Below are positions 60,410 through 64,000 of a stretch of 64,000 nucleotides of DNA, in pieces (the stretch's first letter is position 1; each line of letters starts with the position of its first letter). This stretch comes from the human T2T-CHM13v2.0 reference genome, Homo sapiens. The notes beneath the pieces are model-generated. The model worked only from the letters and a program-made list of their open reading frames with translations. It was not told the origin of the DNA and made no database searches. The position numbers were made by a program, and so were the translations under genes. The stretch is from NCBI RefSeq assembly GCF_009914755.1, contig NC_060942.1. One strand, written 5' to 3'.

Positions 60410-61530
60410 ATCCCATTTATTGTGGTTATTGTATTTTTCAATTCTAAAATTTCCATTTGGTTCTTCTTTTATTTTCCATTTCTTTGGTAAGACTTTCTAT
60501 TCTGTCATTTGTTTCATATTTATTAAAATTGCTTGTTGAATCATCTTTATAAGAGCTGCTTTAATTCTTGTGAGATGATTCTCACATCTGTGTCATCTGT
60601 TCATGGCCTTTTCTCACTCAAGTTGAAATTTTCCTGGTTCTTGGTATAATGAGTGATTTGGGGTTGACACCTGGACATTTTGGGGATTATATTGTGGGAC
60701 TCTAGCTCCTATTCAACTTTCTGATTGGCAGGCCTCCTTTCACACTGCTTCAGTAGGGGAAGGGGGGCACTTCCTCGTAGTTGCCATGTGGAGGTAAACA
60801 TCCTCCCTAGGCACCCCTGGATGCCACCCTGGCTGAGAGGACACAGATCCATGTGGCTTCCATTGGCACCAGGTGGGGAGTGGGGGAGCAGTGGCCCTGT
60901 TAATGTTGGGCTGCAGGGAAAGTCCTGACTCCACTGGCCTCCTGCGACACCACCCTAGCAGAGCTGGGAGGGGACACTGCACTACCACTGGATGAGGGCG
61001 TAGGCCCAGGCTCCCCATGTGATCTCCACTGATGCTGGGGGCAGGCTGTAACCACCCAGCATGGATGAAAGCCCCATTTCCCACTCAGCCTTTGCCTTTC
61101 ATTGGGGGAGATGAGTTGGGGCCCCTTGTTCCGGATCCACACTCAGTCTTCTGTGGGGATGAAGGTGTTTCCTGGGGTGTTTGGTCAGAGAAAGGTGGTT
61201 ATTGTCTAAAGTTTCCATCTTGCTACACTGCCCCTTTGCTGGTCCTTTAACTAGAGAGATAAGCCTCTTCTCGGGGCTATTTTTGCCTGTTCCATTGGCT
61301 TTTCCAGGTTTTCCGCTTCTCCAACAACCAGTCCAGGATATATGAGGAGAAAGAAAACACAGGGATCTCACTACTGTGCTGTTCCCTGGGTCTCCAGGTC
61401 CCCAGCTGGTCTGCGTCCTTCTCTCCACCTTTCAAAGTCTTCCTCTGTTTGCTTGATGTATAATGTCCAGGTTTGCGTGGGAGGAATAGAGAAAAATATG
61501 TCTATTCCCCTTTTCTGGAAGCAGAGGTCC
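60410..61530 (-). mobile_element. Ancient L1M 5'-region fragment (L1M4/L1MD-like)
   Basis: Resembles recalled L1M 5' sequence (ctctccacctttcaaagtctt, tataatgtccaggttt, gaggaatagagaaaaatatgtcta); boundaries approximate. Confidence 0.6.
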
Positions 61531-64000
61531 CCTAATGATCCTTTTAATGTTAAGGATTTTATTGGAGACTCCTCCTAAACAAGCACCCTCTCCCTACTTC
61601 TCTTTCTAAATGAAGAACTTGTTCTACTTAACTAAAGCACCCACGAAGGACTGTGGTAACAAAAGAGGCTTTCAGTACAGGCCAGACTGAGTTTCAATCC
61701 TGCTTCTAAGCCCAATCCTTACCCTCTCCAGCTCACAGTTTCCTCTGCTGCAACCTGCAGACTCGAATCCACTCATGTGTCAGTCTAAGAGGTGCTCTGA
61801 ATGGAGAGGACTAAGTACATTTCATGGCATATGTGCATTCAATAAATGCGATTTCTCTCCAACTCTAATTTATCTTTCTATAATTCATGTTCCTGTTGAT
61901 TACAGGTATTCAATTTTCACATTGCAGAAGCATTCCAGAAGAAGGAGCCATTATTTCTTTCTTCCTTTCCTTCCACTTGTTATAAATATGTGCCCTTAGA
62001 CCGAAGTCGAAATTCTTTTGCATGGCATTGAAAGACCCCTTCCATCTGACCCCAGGCCACCTTTTCAAGACATTCCCATCTTCACTCCCTATAAAACCTA
62101 AGCTCTGGTCACATCAAAATAATCACTGCCCTCCAGTTTTAACGCACACCTCCCAACTTTTATTATAGTTTCCTCATTATAGTATTGTTTGTATATATCC
62201 ATCTTCTCTACTATAACTAAATTTCTTAAAATCAGAGGCTGTAATTGTTTATCAGCTTGAACTGAGTAAAATTGGGCTATTTCATGCTTCAGCAGCTCAG
62301 CAGCACATCAGTGTCTAAAGAAATACCAGTCATGTATCTGGTATATGGCAAGTTATCTATTTATTGATGTCACTCAAATTGATGCCAAGCAAGATTTTAA
62401 GCTTAGACATCTAGCGAAAAGCTTTCCCATATCTCAATCAGTGCAGAACTTGTTCTCAGTCTCTCATCTCACTCCCTTAATCAGTGTCTCCAAACTCAGG
62501 CCATGTTTGTTCCTCTCTTTCCAGTCCCCCTATTTAGCCATCCCAGGTCAACTTCTTCCTCTGAGGAGCTACCTTTGTCCTTCTAGAAAGATTAATCAAG
62601 CCTTTCTCACATTCTGACTCCTGTATCCATTTTCTAGAAGAAACAACAAAAGCCCAACTGCAAAACTGGAGAACTATCCCCATCCTGGAGCACATTTATC
62701 TTCTATCACAATTTAGCCCACTGGGCTCCTGGTATGGTTGTGAAAATATTCACAAATTTGAAAGTGTAAAGACTAGAGCACATGGCAAGAAGATGAACTC
62801 TGCAGCTGGTGCACACAGAAATAGATGAACATGAAGGGCAACCTCCACTGGAGCTATGAGCTTAATCATTTCATTAATGTCTGCTCAAGTACCAAAAAGT
62901 CAAACCCAAGATGTGATATTTAATTGGTATGCATTAAGAGATACCCTTTAATTGGGCTGGCACATTATCTATGCTGTTTGTTATAGGTAATAGTTTCAGC
63001 AAACTAGACAGGAAGGAAAAAATGCATTAAGAGTGAAGGTGAAAGAGAGAGCGAGAGTGTGTGTGTGTATACTACCCTTCCTCTAGAATATCTTAGTGTA
63101 TGATTACTAGAAACTTCCAAGGTATAAAGTACACTCAAGGAATGTAATAGCGTGCTATGTAGCAACACTAATGGCCTTTACAAAATTTATGCTGAAACCA
63201 GTTTAATGTACTGTAAGTAATTTGTCTAATTTATGCATGGAGAAGATCTGATGAATAGAATCTGCAGTTTAAAATTTTTTACCAAAACTCTAACTACACA
63301 GTTAACATTAAGCACTAAATTAAACAAATGAAGTTATTAAAATGCTACATTACTAACTCAATTGAAACAATTATAGTGATAAGTTTGTGTCTGTTATTAA
63401 AATGAACTTTTTTCTTAGTATATACAAATTGTTTTCACCTTTTTAATTGTAACATTTTGGTTAAGTGGTATGAACATGTCAAGATTAGTTTTAATTGAAA
63501 TATTCTAGTTTTAAAAATATTTTCTGCAAAAACCTTTACAGTATGTTTTTCCTCTTTTTTAAAAAAATGCATTGTTTTTAAACAAAATGTCACAGGAGTG
63601 AAAGCATTTATCTTGGAAGTTGTTCAAAGGACACCTGGAAAATAACTCAAAATGCCTTCAAGCACAATTTCAAAAATTATTCATGAATTAAAAGTATGCA
63701 TTTTGGCAATGAATCATAATTCCATCTTTTGGAAGGCCCTAAGTTCAATATACTGAATTTAAATGAAATTGTTAACAGTTTCCTGAATATGCATGAGAAT
63801 ATGTTTACATAGGTATATATTTATGTATACCCGCAAGCATCTAACCTGTGTGTTAAACATTAATATTGAACCAATGCCAACAGCACCCTGAAATGTTTTG
63901 AAAGTTCTTTCTCAAAGTGATAAATTCACAGTTATCTTGACAAACCTATGCACTGAGATTAGAAGTGCAGTCTGTGTGGCAGAAAAAGAAAAGCCAGACT

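Noticed and set aside
62640-64000. AT-rich unique sequence that looks like a 3'UTR
   Set aside because: No linked stop-containing exon; it lies inside an L3MBTL4 intron, and composition alone is not evidence.

Overview
Primate (human-like) genomic DNA, mostly old transposable elements (L1, Alu, L2, MIR, MaLR/ERV1 LTRs, hAT and Tigger DNA transposons). The window appears to lie inside the 3' half of L3MBTL4, transcribed on the minus strand. Two exons missed by the ORF track, 53602-53429 (174 nt) and 41025-40955 (71 nt), splice in frame to give ...AFGCPYSDMNLKKEATLHDRLREQ...EKVNSQPR|LVQQAKCLKIKGKEDIDLDNLFR. I recognise this from memory as the region between the CCHHC zinc finger and the SAM domain. 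The most notable signal is a 27-nt in-frame micro-exon (6824-6798, VLVLHPRGL) inside an antisense L1 ORF2. It sits 35 nt from a second, stop-containing 45-nt candidate exon, and the two cannot be spliced together. The same L1 holds a BC200-type retrocopy. The long ORFs in the supplied track are decayed L1/Alu/simple-repeat frames or chance ORFs. No CRISPR, rRNA or tRNA was seen. Gene identity and repeat subfamilies come from recall, not a database search.
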